A stretch of 41,935 bases of DNA, taken from Patescibacteria group bacterium (GTDB lineage: Bacteria; Patescibacteriota; Minisyncoccia; Phycocordibacterales; Phycocordibacteraceae). Made by a program: the position numbers and the translations under genes. The stretch spans positions 8,635 through 50,569 of the forward strand of contig JAZKAU010000002.1 in assembly GCA_040388985.1 (NCBI GenBank), in the 5' to 3' direction. The notes beneath the pieces were generated by a model. It was not told the origin of the DNA, did no database searches, and worked only from the letters and a program-made list of their open reading frames with translations. Of this stretch, positions 8,236-17,649 are shown one piece after another; the first letter of the stretch is position 1, and each line of letters opens with the position of its first letter.

Positions 8236-9330
8236 ATGGCTCTAAAAAAAACGACGAAGAAAAGTGCTCCGAAGACGACGAGCGAAGACATCGGGGATGC
8301 AGCCGATATAGATCTGGCCGAAGAGAAGCCAGCTGATAGCAGCGCGGACGCTAAGCGCAAATCTATCGAGCTCGCCATAAAGGAGATCAAGACGAAGTTC
8401 GGTGACGAGGCTATCATGACGTATGGCACTACGAAGCCCAAAGCTATCGACTCTATTCCTACAGGCTCCATCGGACTCGACGCCGCGCTCGGTATCGGCG
8501 GACTTCCCCGCGGACGTATCATCGAGATATTCGGTCCGGAGTCGAGCGGAAAGACCACGCTCGCGCTGCATTCCATCGCCGAAGCGCAGAAGAAAGGCGG
8601 CGTATGCGCCTTCGTCGACGCCGAGCACGCGCTCGACCCTGACTACGCAAGCAAGATAGGCGTGAAGCTTTCCGAACTCCTCATCAGCCAACCGGATACG
8701 GGTGAGCAGGCGCTTGAGATAGTCGAATCGTTAGTTCGCGCGAACTCGGTGGACATCGTCGTCGTCGACTCGGTAGCAGCGCTCACCCCTAAGGACGAGA
8801 TCGAGGGCGACATGGGCGCGCACCATGTGGGTAAGCAGGCGCGCCTCATGAGCCAGGCGCTACGCAAGCTCACGGCTATCACGGCGAAGTCGAAGACCAC
8901 CGTAATTTTCATCAACCAGATCCGCATGCAGATAGGCGTCATGTTCGGCAATCCGGAAACGACGCCCGGCGGCAAGGCGCTCAAGTTCTATACGAGCGTT
9001 CGTCTCGATATCCGGCGCATCGCGCAGATAAAGAAGGGCGACGAGGTCGTGGGCGGACGGGTGCGCGTGAAGGTCGTAAAGAACAAGGTCGCGGCCCCCT
9101 TCAAGACGACCGAATTCGACCTTATGTATAACGAAGGTATCAGCCGCGAAGGCGAGATTATCGCGCTCGGCGAGAAGTACGACATCATCAGCAAATCAGG
9201 CAGCAGCTATAGCTATGGCGATGTGAAGCTCGGCCGTGGCTATGACGCGACGCGTACCTTCCTCCGCGAGAACAAGCCGCTAGCCAACGAGATATTAAAG
9301 AAGATACGTGTAGAGCTCGACAAAACGTAG
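8236..9330 (+). CDS. recA: Recombinase A
   Basis: [45 protein letters not shown]. Confidence 0.99.
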   Translation: MALKKTTKKSAPKTTSEDIGDAADIDLAEEKPADSSADAKRKSIELAIKEIKTKFGDEAIMTYGTTKPKAIDSIPTGSIGLDAALGIGGLPRGRIIEIFGPESSGKTTLALHSIAEAQKKGGVCAFVDAEHALDPDYASKIGVKLSELLISQPDTGEQALEIVESLVRANSVDIVVVDSVAALTPKDEIEGDMGAHHVGKQARLMSQALRKLTAITAKSKTTVIFINQIRMQIGVMFGNPETTPGGKALKFYTSVRLDIRRIAQIKKGDEVVGGRVRVKVVKNKVAAPFKTTEFDLMYNEGISREGEIIALGEKYDIISKSGSSYSYGDVKLGRGYDATRTFLRENKPLANEILKKIRVELDKT

Positions 9331-9390
9331 CCTTCGCAGAAAAAAGAAAAGGCCCGCTGCGCGGGCCTTTTCTTTTTTCTGCGAAGGCTA
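9328..9390. terminator. Bidirectional terminator, perfect palindrome with 30-bp arms
   Basis: tagccttcgcagaaaaaagaaaaggcccgc-tgc-exact reverse complement, between convergent genes. Confidence 0.85.
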
Positions 9391-9717
9391 GGCGTAGCGA
9401 TGATGAGGAAACTGGAGGACGTGATAGATCTCGCGGAGAACCCAGAAGGTTGCGGCGATGGAAAGCAGGATGAGGAGCTGGACGGCGAGATGGGTAGAAG
9501 CGAAGGCGCTCGCGAAGAAAGAGATGACGGCGGACACATCAGCGAGGCTCGGCATATTCGCGAAGACACGCGCGACCCACACTTCCCTGCCGATGCCGTA
9601 GAGGGAAGCAACGAGCACGAGAAGCGGGAGCGTGATACTGGCGGCAAGCCGCATCGTATGCACCGCGTGCACGCGCCGCATCACATTCCGTTTTATGCGT
9701 GAGTCAGTCGTTTCCAT
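9388..9717 (-). CDS. Small membrane protein, putative anti-sigma factor
   Basis: 2-3 hydrophobic segments; overlaps the end of the ECF sigma gene. Confidence 0.6.
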   Translation of the reverse strand: METTDSRIKRNVMRRVHAVHTMRLAASITLPLLVLVASLYGIGREVWVARVFANMPSLADVSAVISFFASAFASTHLAVQLLILLSIAATFWVLREIYHVLQFPHHRYA

Positions 9718-10309
9718 AGGTAGAGGATCTAAGTATAGCTTCTTTGAATAATTTCTTGGCGCGGAAGACGCGCGTCTTCACGGCAGGCACGGTACTCCCC
9801 TCGATAGCGGCGATCTCTTCCTGCGTCTTCCCTTCAAGGAATTGAAACGTAAGGACGCGGGAAAAGGATTCGGGCAGTGTGGACAGAGCGACGAGGACTT
9901 CATCTTTTACGGATAACTCCTCGAGAAAGAGTTCAGCGTCCGGGAGCCGCTCGTATGCCTCGGGCTCAAGCTCCGTAGTCCTTCCCCGCTCCTTCTTGGC
10001 CTTCGCGTAGCGCGTGAAGCACAGGCGCGTGAGTATGGCGTACGCCCAGGATGAGAACTGCGCACCTTCGGTAGGCGTGTAGCGGTCGGCATAGAGATAG
10101 ATACGGGTGAAGGCATCCTGCACAGCCTCTTCGGCATCTTCCCGACTGTAGAGGATGCTCTGCGCCTTGCGCATGAACGAAGCCTCATAGCGGTCGACGA
10201 GCACGCCGAAAAGCTCCGGCTCCCTGCGGGAAGCGTGCAGGATCTCTTCGTCCGTACGTACGTCCTGCGGTTCCGGCTCGTTATCCGGCTTATTCTTTGA
10301 TTTGGGCAT
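9704..10309 (-). CDS. ECF-type RNA polymerase sigma-70 factor
   Basis: DAEEAVQDAF, FSSWAYAI, TQEEIAAIEG..VPAVKTRVFRAKK; start uncertain (10309-10324). Confidence 0.9.
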   Translation of the reverse strand: MPKSKNKPDNEPEPQDVRTDEEILHASRREPELFGVLVDRYEASFMRKAQSILYSREDAEEAVQDAFTRIYLYADRYTPTEGAQFSSWAYAILTRLCFTRYAKAKKERGRTTELEPEAYERLPDAELFLEELSVKDEVLVALSTLPESFSRVLTFQFLEGKTQEEIAAIEGSTVPAVKTRVFRAKKLFKEAILRSSTYGND

Positions 10310-10407
10310 CACATCCTGTATCATACCCCCATCACGGGCCGAGCACCTTCAGGGGCCTGTCTTGTATAACCATCCGTGCGGTCTACTAGTTTCTAACCGT
10401 TCTTACT

Positions 10408-10983
10408 ATGGCCATCCTTTCGTACAACGAGATTACCCAGAAAAAAGTCATCGAATACAACGGCGAGCCGTACGAGGTCCTGTCCTCGCACGTCTTCCGC
10501 ATGCAGCAGAGAAAGCCGGTGAATCAGACGAAGCTCCGCCATCTCGTCTCAGGCAAGGTGACCGAGATCTCCTTCCATCAGAATGAGAACGTCCCGGAGG
10601 CTGACATCTCCACTATGCAGGCCGTCTTCCTCTATACCAATCGCAGTGAATCCTGGTTCGCGGAAGAAGGAAATCCTAAGAATAGGTTCTCATTCCCCGA
10701 AGAAGCCGTACATGACAAGGTGCAGTGGCTGAAGGCGAACTCCCCTCTCTCGGTGATGCTTTATAAGGATACGCCGGCGACTATCTCTATTCCTATAAAG
10801 ATGGACCTGAAAGTCACCGAGGCGCCGCCTGCCATAAAGGGCGACACCGTCACGGGCGGCAGCAAGCTCGTGACGCTTGAGACGGGTGCTGTGACGAATA
10901 CTCCCCTCTTCATCAACGCCGGCGACATCGTCCGCATCAATACCGATAGCGGAGAGTACGTGGAACGAGTTACTAAGAATTAG
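10408..10983 (+). CDS. efp: Elongation factor P
   Basis: PPAIKGDT..K..TLETGA...PLFINAGD..RINT..GEYVER C-terminal signature. Confidence 0.93.
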   Translation: MAILSYNEITQKKVIEYNGEPYEVLSSHVFRMQQRKPVNQTKLRHLVSGKVTEISFHQNENVPEADISTMQAVFLYTNRSESWFAEEGNPKNRFSFPEEAVHDKVQWLKANSPLSVMLYKDTPATISIPIKMDLKVTEAPPAIKGDTVTGGSKLVTLETGAVTNTPLFINAGDIVRINTDSGEYVERVTKN

Positions 10984-10988
10984 CGGGT

Positions 10989-11033
10989 GTGAAAGAGAAA
11001 AGGCCTCGCGAAGCGAGGCCTTTTCTCTTTCAC
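10989..11033. terminator. Bidirectional terminator, 21-bp arms
   Basis: gtgaaagagaaaaggcctcgc-gaa-gcgaggccttttctctttcac. Confidence 0.85.
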
Positions 11034-11109
11034 GGGAAGTGTCCTGATACTGAATGTTGAACGACCCCGGGCTTGCGCGCCGGGGCCGTCTCACATTGCC
11101 GTAGGGCAT

Positions 11110-11520
11110 TCAGCTCTCGGGAGAGATCTGAATTGCCGCTCTCTCGTCCGGAGGAACCCTCGTCTGCCACAGGCCCTTCTGGGTACCAAGGAAGCGGCGA
11201 TTCCCGTCGGCGTCCGTGGACGTGAGCTCGAGGACTGGCTCCCCTTGCACTCCCGAACGAGGAAGCATCTCGATCGAGAAGACCTTGCTGCAGGTACCGT
11301 CGGACGATACGGTCACGACGGAGGCTTCGTCGTAAACCAGCTCCGTCCCATCCGCATGGTCCTTCGGTCGAGTGAGCTTGACCTGCGACGAGGTCCCGGC
11401 CGGCCAGTGCATGCACTCGGCCGCCGCTTTCCCTGCCGCGTCATCCGAGACGCGGGATGGGTGGGGAGTGCAGCTCGCCATGAGGATGGCGACCGCACCG
11501 ATGGTGATTGGCATGCGCAT
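11110..11520 (-). CDS. Orphan lipoprotein
   Basis: GGAGG SD before MRMPITIG; lipobox-like LMASC. Confidence 0.6.
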   Translation of the reverse strand: MRMPITIGAVAILMASCTPHPSRVSDDAAGKAAAECMHWPAGTSSQVKLTRPKDHADGTELVYDEASVVTVSSDGTCSKVFSIEMLPRSGVQGEPVLELTSTDADGNRRFLGTQKGLWQTRVPPDERAAIQISPES

Positions 11521-11657
11521 GGCAAACCCTCCGAACTGACACGGGCACATCGCCCGCGTTTCATGTTCTATCTACATATATATACCAAGCACAACAAATA
11601 GCAATCTTCGCTTTCTCCGTTGAATAAACATATTTACTCAACGGATTGGAGACAGGT

Positions 11658-11703
11658 GGAAATTCAAAAGACGGCTCCTGTAGGAGCCGTCTTTTGAATT
11701 TCC
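11658..11703. terminator. Perfect palindrome (22-bp arms), likely rpsR terminator
   Basis: ggaaattcaaaagacggctcct-gt-aggagccgtcttttgaatttcc. Confidence 0.7.
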
Positions 11704-11709
11704 CGTCGG

Positions 11710-11798
11710 GAGCGAGGCTTTAAGAATAAAAGCGGTTCAGGATTGCCAAGTGCAGCATTCCTATGCGGAACGGCGCTTTTATTCTTAAAGCTGAGCGA
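11710..11798. repeat. Long hairpin element, family 2 (18-bp perfect IR flanked by GAGCGA)
   Basis: gctttaagaataaaagcg (11717-11734) / cgcttttattcttaaagc (11774-11791); GAGCGA (reverse complement of TCGCTC) on both sides. Confidence 0.7.
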
Positions 11799-11802
11799 CT
11801 CG

Positions 11803-12009
11803 TTACGCAGCGAGGTACGGCAGAAGCCCCATGAAGCGCGCGCGCTTGATAGCGAGCGCGATCTCGCGCTGCGATCCCGCGCTCATCCCGGTGCGCTTCT
11901 TTGCCATGATCTTCGCATGAGGATTCATGAACTGGCGCAGGTAGGGGACGTCCTTGTAGTCGACGAACTTCTTGTGCTCGAGCTCTTCGCGTTCTGATTG
12001 ATGTGCCAT
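11803..12009 (-). CDS. rpsR: 30S ribosomal protein S18 (zinc-free form)
   Basis: VDYKDV..LRQFM...AKI...RTG....QR..A.AIKRARFMGLLPY. Confidence 0.96.
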   Translation of the reverse strand: MAHQSEREELEHKKFVDYKDVPYLRQFMNPHAKIMAKKRTGMSAGSQREIALAIKRARFMGLLPYLAA

Positions 12010-12035
12010 GGTTGTGGTAAGTTACTATACTCTAT

Positions 12036-12158
12036 GAGTTTGGTCAAAAGGCTCCAGATGCGAGGCGCAGCGAGAGAATTTCTGGAAACGTACTAGAGCG
12101 TACGGTGGAAGAAATTCTCGAAGCTGCAACAAAGCAGATGGACGTTTTGGACAGACTC
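12036..12158 (+). repeat. MITE-like long hairpin element, family 1, diverged copy C
   Basis: gagtttggtcaaaa..ccagatgcgaggcg..cgtac..gtacgg..aaagcagatgga..ttttggacagactc. Confidence 0.7.
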
Positions 12159-12159
12159 C

Positions 12160-12651
12160 CTAGAACGGGATGTCTTCCGGATTTATCTCATCCTCAGGAT
12201 ACGCGATCGCGTCTCCCCCTCCCTGCGGACCGAAGTCATCGGCCGGTTCGCTTGCGCGCGAGGAACTAGACGAGTCAACCGGTCGGCTGCTGCTTGGAGC
12301 GCCTCCTCCCATTCCCGCGGTTCCTGCTGCCTGCGGACCGAACTGGAAATTGTCGACGACGATCTCGGTGCGATAATTCTTCTTGCCTTCTGCTTCCCAT
12401 GAACGGGTCTGGATGCGGCCTTCGACGAATACCGGGCGGCCCTTCTTGAGGTACTGTCCCATCACTTCAGCTGTGCGGCCGAAGGCGACGATGTTATGGA
12501 ATTCAGTCTGTTCCTGCTGAGCCCCGTCCTTGTTCTTGAAGGAACGGTTCGTCGCGAGTCCGAAGGTCGCGACCTGCTGGCCGCTCGGGAGCGCGCGCAG
12601 TTCTGGATCGCGGGTAAGGTTTCCGTAGAGAAGTGCTTTGTTGAGGTACAT
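12160..12651 (-). CDS. ssb: Single-stranded DNA-binding protein
   Basis: LNKALLYGNLTRDPELR, VEGRIQTRSW, C-terminal DIPF. Confidence 0.98.
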   Translation of the reverse strand: MYLNKALLYGNLTRDPELRALPSGQQVATFGLATNRSFKNKDGAQQEQTEFHNIVAFGRTAEVMGQYLKKGRPVFVEGRIQTRSWEAEGKKNYRTEIVVDNFQFGPQAAGTAGMGGGAPSSSRPVDSSSSSRASEPADDFGPQGGGDAIAYPEDEINPEDIPF

Positions 12652-12671
12652 ATATCCTAGTATACCACCGG

Positions 12672-13175
12672 CTATGCAGCTGCTTCGGCTGCCGGCTCAG
12701 GTGCCTGAGCTACGACTTCAGCTTCTGCGTCTTCCTCTTCCGGAAGGCCTGCCTCGAGCGCAGCTTTGGCGAAGAGCTCGTGCATCTCGCTTGAATGCTG
12801 AGCCCCTTCCTTGGTCGTGCGGATATCGAGGAAGCGGATGATGCGGACTTCAGCGCCAGCCATATCCTGCACCTTCTTATGTCCTGCTCCGTCAGCTTCG
12901 TACGCAATCCAGCAGAAGAACGCTGAATCGAAGTCGCGGCGACCGCTCGTATCCGAGCGGTACATCGTGTACGCGAGCGGGATCTTCGTCGGCTCGCCTT
13001 CGGCTATAACGGTTCCGGCTGCGGCGATAGCGTCGCGGATGGCCTGATAGGTCTTCTTCACCTCCTCCTGCGGAAGTTCCGGGTCAAGGTGGAAGCCGAG
13101 CTCATAGACGCGGGGTTCGCCCGCCTCGTTCTCGTCGAGACCTTCTATTTCTAAATTTTCTTTCTTTTTTGCCAT
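12672..13175 (-). CDS. rpsF: 30S ribosomal protein S6
   Basis: YELGFHLDP, PLAYTM, IIRFL; synteny with ssb and rpsR; start set at MAKKKE. Confidence 0.88.
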   Translation of the reverse strand: MAKKKENLEIEGLDENEAGEPRVYELGFHLDPELPQEEVKKTYQAIRDAIAAAGTVIAEGEPTKIPLAYTMYRSDTSGRRDFDSAFFCWIAYEADGAGHKKVQDMAGAEVRIIRFLDIRTTKEGAQHSSEMHELFAKAALEAGLPEEEDAEAEVVAQAPEPAAEAAA

Positions 13176-13400
13176 GGATACTAAGTGATTAGTAGGGACA
13201 GGTGTCCCGGCTGGTAATGGAGGCAGTATGCCCGGTATCACAACTTAACGCAACTTTCTCAAACAGAGTCGGCAGGTATGCTGCCTGAAATAATCCTTGT
13301 TTTACTGAGCGAGACTCTCTTCTCGGTTGCGATACCAGGTATGCCCTCCAGGGGACCAAATTGCAAATCAGCTCGACATCTTGAGCGACCTTACCCTCAA

Positions 13401-14171
13401 TCACTTAAATCCGTAACAAACCTGTATTTCTTCTTCGTACGTGAAATAGGGTCGGTCACCGAGTTGATTTGTAAGAGCGGTACGTACTGCGTCGATGAAT
13501 CGCTCCTTGTCCTTCTCAGGCAAGACTTCATAACTGGAGGCTGTCTTCATGAGCCCTACCTGCTCTTCGACGGTATCGTTGTGGGTAAATGGCAAGCGTT
13601 CCGTTGAGACATTAGTCATCCCCTGCTCCTTAAAGAAAGATGAAATGTGGCTGAGATCCCGTAGCTCTGACGGGACTTTCTCCCAATTAAATGACCTGAA
13701 TATCTCAGAAGGGATTGAATCTTCTACCGGTACGTCTTTGGTAGTGAGCGTCCAATACACGAATAGCAGACCTCCCTTCTTCAAGACGCGCTTAATCTCG
13801 CTCATGGCTTTCTCGCTCACGAACCAATGGAAAGCGGTTCCTACGGTTATCACGTCAAAGTATTCATCTTCAAATCCGAGATGTTCGACTTCTGAGACGG
13901 AATAATTAATATCTAAGCTTTTTAGCTTTGCCTGTGCATTCGCTTCCATTATCATCAGAGGATCAATATCGACTCCATATACTGCAAGATTAGGAGCAAC
14001 TAATATCTCTGTTGATTTTCCTGTACCACACGCAATATCTAGAGCCCGCTCACTATTATTCGGTAGTAAGGAGAAAAGGAGTTCTCTCACTTCTTGAATG
14101 TATGGTCTCCGATACTTCGTGTAATTTTCTGCTTGGTTACCGAACTTATTTTTATGAATGTCTATTTCCAT
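13401..14171 (-). CDS. Class I SAM-dependent methyltransferase (AT-richer than flanks)
   Basis: ALDIACGTGKS, FDVITVGTAFHWF, RVLKKGG. Confidence 0.9.
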   Translation of the reverse strand: MEIDIHKNKFGNQAENYTKYRRPYIQEVRELLFSLLPNNSERALDIACGTGKSTEILVAPNLAVYGVDIDPLMIMEANAQAKLKSLDINYSVSEVEHLGFEDEYFDVITVGTAFHWFVSEKAMSEIKRVLKKGGLLFVYWTLTTKDVPVEDSIPSEIFRSFNWEKVPSELRDLSHISSFFKEQGMTNVSTERLPFTHNDTVEEQVGLMKTASSYEVLPEKDKERFIDAVRTALTNQLGDRPYFTYEEEIQVCYGFK

Positions 14172-14220
14172 TAGAAAAAGCATAGCACTATTCACGAGCT
14201 GGAGATTTACTGTTCAAATA

Positions 14221-15027
14221 TTAAAAGGATTCTGGAGGAAGTTTAAAGACTCTGTGAGCGTTCTGGAGGATATTCACACGCACGCTTTCGGGATCCTCGC
14301 CCCGGATGCCTGCCATGGCTTCGACAACGGCGCGGACCGCAAGCGGATCGTTACGCTTGCCGCGATTCGGAGCCGGCGCCGCGTACGGGGAGTCGGTCTC
14401 CGTCAGAAGGTGTGTAATGGGCGCGAAGCGCACCACCTCGTCATAGTCATGGGTGAAGGTAAGGACCGCCGTATAGGAAAGGGTAAAATCGAGGTCGATG
14501 AACGCCCGCGCTTCGTCGATGCCGCCTACAAAGAAATGCATGTTGCCCGTAAGAGCATCTCCATATTCACGCTTCGCGCTCGCGAGTATTTCGATAGCAT
14601 CGCGGTACGCATCCTGCATGCCTTTGCTCGGACGTGCATGGATCATGAGCGGCTTCCTGGTTTCCGCAGCAAGCTCTATGTGCTGCGAGAATACCTCTTT
14701 CTGTAATCCTGTGGCACCGGCAACATCCTCCGGCCTGAAGTAGTCCAGTCCGCACTCCCCCACCGCCACCATCTTGGGTTCCTGAAGAAGCTCCCGGAAT
14801 GCATCCAATTCGAATTCTTGCTCCTGCGTATAGTTTGGATGAAGTCCTGCGGCGGCGAACAAGGTCGAGGAATCCTTCACAAGCGTAAGCGCTTTCTCTG
14901 ACGAATCCCTATCGACACCCACCACGATACCGCCAACTCCCGCCTCACTCATCGAAGCGATGAGTGACTGCCTATCCTCCTCGTATTGCGGGAACTGTAT
15001 ATGACAGTGCGCATCGAAATATCTCAT
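14221..15027 (-). CDS. tatD: TatD family hydrolase/DNase
   Basis: DAHCH, GLHP, VGECGLDY, IHAR, ETDSPY. Confidence 0.93.
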   Translation of the reverse strand: MRYFDAHCHIQFPQYEEDRQSLIASMSEAGVGGIVVGVDRDSSEKALTLVKDSSTLFAAAGLHPNYTQEQEFELDAFRELLQEPKMVAVGECGLDYFRPEDVAGATGLQKEVFSQHIELAAETRKPLMIHARPSKGMQDAYRDAIEILASAKREYGDALTGNMHFFVGGIDEARAFIDLDFTLSYTAVLTFTHDYDEVVRFAPITHLLTETDSPYAAPAPNRGKRNDPLAVRAVVEAMAGIRGEDPESVRVNILQNAHRVFKLPPESF

Positions 15028-15054
15028 ATATACCGACAGTCTAGCACTCCTCGC

Positions 15055-15711
15055 CTACGGCCCTGGCGCCGTGATCTTCTTGAGTATGCTGAAAGCGCGA
15101 TCGATATCAGTATCCCTGAAAAGGATGCTGAGCTCCGTACCTACCGACATGACTTCGATGAAGCTTACATTCTCGGAAGCGATCGCCCGGAGTATCGGAT
15201 AGTAGACACCGGGAACTTCGAGGCTTTCTTCGGGGAGCCGCAAGGTGAGAGCGGACAACCCGTCAATCATCTTCACTCGCTTCCCTTTAAGGAGCGGCTC
15301 GATGTAACTGCGCATATCAGTGTGCGCTACTACCAATGACTCATGCAAGCCGCACGTAAAGTTAACGAAGTGGTCTCCATTTCTCTTAGACTTATGCAGA
15401 AGAACATCCCAAAGAGGTTCCGGACTGGCTAGATTCGGAAATACAAAGGCCACCAGATTCGACCTGACGGTGATATCGTTCAACTGCTGCAGGAACGAGC
15501 TTCCACTGGCAGATGAGCGATACCGTGCCGTACGGCGGCGAAGCGCCATGACGATAGATGCCTCGGTCACGTTCTCATACAGCCTCTTTTCAACGGCAGG
15601 CCGTATCTTTCGCGCGATTCTCGCATGACTGCCCACGTCGCTTTCGAGCACTTCAGCTAGAAAGGGCGATCGCTCGATTATTTCCTCCACGGCCTGGCTG
15701 ATCGTTCTCAT
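15055..15711 (-). CDS. Putative HTH plus ACT-domain regulator
   Basis: N-terminal ..ARKIRP...SIVMALRR helix motif; C-terminal PGVYYPILRAIASENVSFIEVMSVGTELSILF ACT-like domain. Confidence 0.65.
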   Translation of the reverse strand: MRTISQAVEEIIERSPFLAEVLESDVGSHARIARKIRPAVEKRLYENVTEASIVMALRRRTARYRSSASGSSFLQQLNDITVRSNLVAFVFPNLASPEPLWDVLLHKSKRNGDHFVNFTCGLHESLVVAHTDMRSYIEPLLKGKRVKMIDGLSALTLRLPEESLEVPGVYYPILRAIASENVSFIEVMSVGTELSILFRDTDIDRAFSILKKITAPGP

Positions 15712-15847
15712 GTGTTATATAAATAACATTTTGTAATAAATGTGTCCAAGACTGACGAAAAATATACTTATATTGCGGGGCAACCTACCCTCACTAATGG
15801 GTGCTCATTTCGGGTTCCCGATATCACATCGGCAAGGGATACGACTC

Positions 15848-16153
15848 ATGATTATCAGGACAAAGGCCGCAGCTATCATCTTCGAGCAAGGCGACTTGGT
15901 AAAATTCAAGATTGCCTCTGGCCACGGGAAACCCAACAACGAATGGATCGACGAACTTCGTACGAAGCACGGTCCTGGACCGTTTCTCGTTGAAGCAGTG
16001 CGCGAAGGCAGTATCGTGCTCGCAGGAGTCGGAGAAGTGCCGTCGTGGATGATCGAATCGCAACTCGTGTTCACGGTCGAGATTCCGGCACCAATCTTTG
16101 ATGGCCAGTCGATCACGATCGAGCCGCTGGCCATCGCTCACTACAAGGGCTAG
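15848..16153 (+). CDS. Hypothetical protein (orphan)
   Basis: AAGGGA SD-like motif, AT-rich promoter, hairpin terminator at ~16162-16190. Confidence 0.55.
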   Translation: MIIRTKAAAIIFEQGDLVKFKIASGHGKPNNEWIDELRTKHGPGPFLVEAVREGSIVLAGVGEVPSWMIESQLVFTVEIPAPIFDGQSITIEPLAIAHYKG

Positions 16154-16200
16154 ACTCGGACGGGCTGCGCGGACATCGATCGCGCAGCCTTTCTGCTTAC

Positions 16201-17634
16201 TTAGACTTCACTAAGCCGCGGGAAGAGATTCTCCGGCTTCTTGTTTTCGAGGACGGTCTTCTTGATGAGTTCGTTCGCGGCAGGCATGAAGGGATTAAGA
16301 AGACGGCCTATCTGGTACAGCTCGAGCACGAGTTCGCTGATGAGATTCTTCCCTGCTGTAGGGTCCGTCTTCACGAGCTTGAAAGGTTCTTCGCGTGTGA
16401 TACGTTCGTCGAGCTCGCCGATACGACTCCAGACGAGATCGAGTGCCTGATTGAAATTAAAAGTATTCACAGCTCCCCAGTATTCCCCCGGGAACGGGCT
16501 CGCGTCTGGGCGAGTAATGGGCGCATCCAGGTTCGTCTCCGCGAGCTTCATGACACGTGCAACCAGATTCCCGAGGCCGTTCACGAGGTTCGCCGTATAC
16601 CACTCATCGAGGCGCTCCCAAGTAACATCCGTGTCTTCGGTCGGGTGTACGTGGCGCAGTAACAGGTAGCGCGTCGCATCCGTGCCATACTTGGCAACCA
16701 GCTCATAGGGGCTTATGACGTTGCCGAGCGACTTACTCATGCGAGCCCCGCCAGAGTTTATGAAGCCGTGATAGAAGACCTGATCAGTTGCCTTTATGTT
16801 CGAGGACATGAGCATCGCCTGCCACATTATCGACTGGAAGCGGACCTGGTCCTTTCCGGCGGTCTGGAGCGTCTTCCCTTCTTCCCAGAACTTCTTGAAG
16901 TTTCCATCTGCGTCCTGCGGCCAGCCGAGCGTCGAGATGTAATTAGTTAAGGCGTCGAACCAGACGTACATCACCTGCGAGTCGTCGCCTGGAACCGGCA
17001 CGCCCCACGAAAGCCGAGCTTTCTCGCGAGAGATGCTAAAGTCCTCGAGTCCGCTTGCGACGAAGCTGACCGCCTCTTCGCGGCGCCATTCGGGCACGAC
17101 GACGCCCGGCCTTGAAAGATATTCGAGCAGACGGTCCTGGTATTTCGAGAGGCGGAAGAAATAGTTCTCTTCCGTTATGGTCTCGAGCGTGAGACTAGGG
17201 TGGAGTACGCAGTGGCCGTCCTCGAGTTCACGCTCTGTCTTATACGCTTCGCAGCCAATGCAGTAGAGACCCGTGTATGACTTCTTATAGATATCGCCTG
17301 CGGCTTCGCAGCGCTTCCACATTTCCTGGGCAGCGGCCTTGTGTTCTGGGCTCGTCGTGCGAACGAAGAGATCGTTCGACAGATTGAGGGCAGCACCAAG
17401 TTTTCGTACTTCCTCTGCATAGTGGTCTACATATGCCTGCACCTCTTCCCCTTTCTTCTGCGCAGCTTCGAGGATCTTCTGTCCGTGCTCGTCGGTTCCC
17501 GTCGAGAACAGGACTTCTCCGCCCTGAAGGCGCCACGCGCGCGCAAGCGCATCGGACTGTACGACCTCTACCGCAAAGCCGATGTGAGGATCGGCGTTCA
17601 CGTAGGGAATGGTGGTGGTAATGTAGCGCGCCAT
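16201..17634 (-). CDS. metG: Methionine--tRNA ligase (short form)
   Basis: YVNADPHIG, GTDEHGQK, YVWFDAL, RMSKSLGN. Confidence 0.97.
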   Translation of the reverse strand: MARYITTTIPYVNADPHIGFAVEVVQSDALARAWRLQGGEVLFSTGTDEHGQKILEAAQKKGEEVQAYVDHYAEEVRKLGAALNLSNDLFVRTTSPEHKAAAQEMWKRCEAAGDIYKKSYTGLYCIGCEAYKTERELEDGHCVLHPSLTLETITEENYFFRLSKYQDRLLEYLSRPGVVVPEWRREEAVSFVASGLEDFSISREKARLSWGVPVPGDDSQVMYVWFDALTNYISTLGWPQDADGNFKKFWEEGKTLQTAGKDQVRFQSIMWQAMLMSSNIKATDQVFYHGFINSGGARMSKSLGNVISPYELVAKYGTDATRYLLLRHVHPTEDTDVTWERLDEWYTANLVNGLGNLVARVMKLAETNLDAPITRPDASPFPGEYWGAVNTFNFNQALDLVWSRIGELDERITREEPFKLVKTDPTAGKNLISELVLELYQIGRLLNPFMPAANELIKKTVLENKKPENLFPRLSEV

Positions 17635-17649
17635 ATCTAGTGCTCGCGG

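Noticed and set aside
13176-13230. Possible S6:S18 autoregulatory leader (GGGACA/UGUCCC hairpin preceded by CCG)
   Set aside because: Too short to support by eye; needs a covariance-model search
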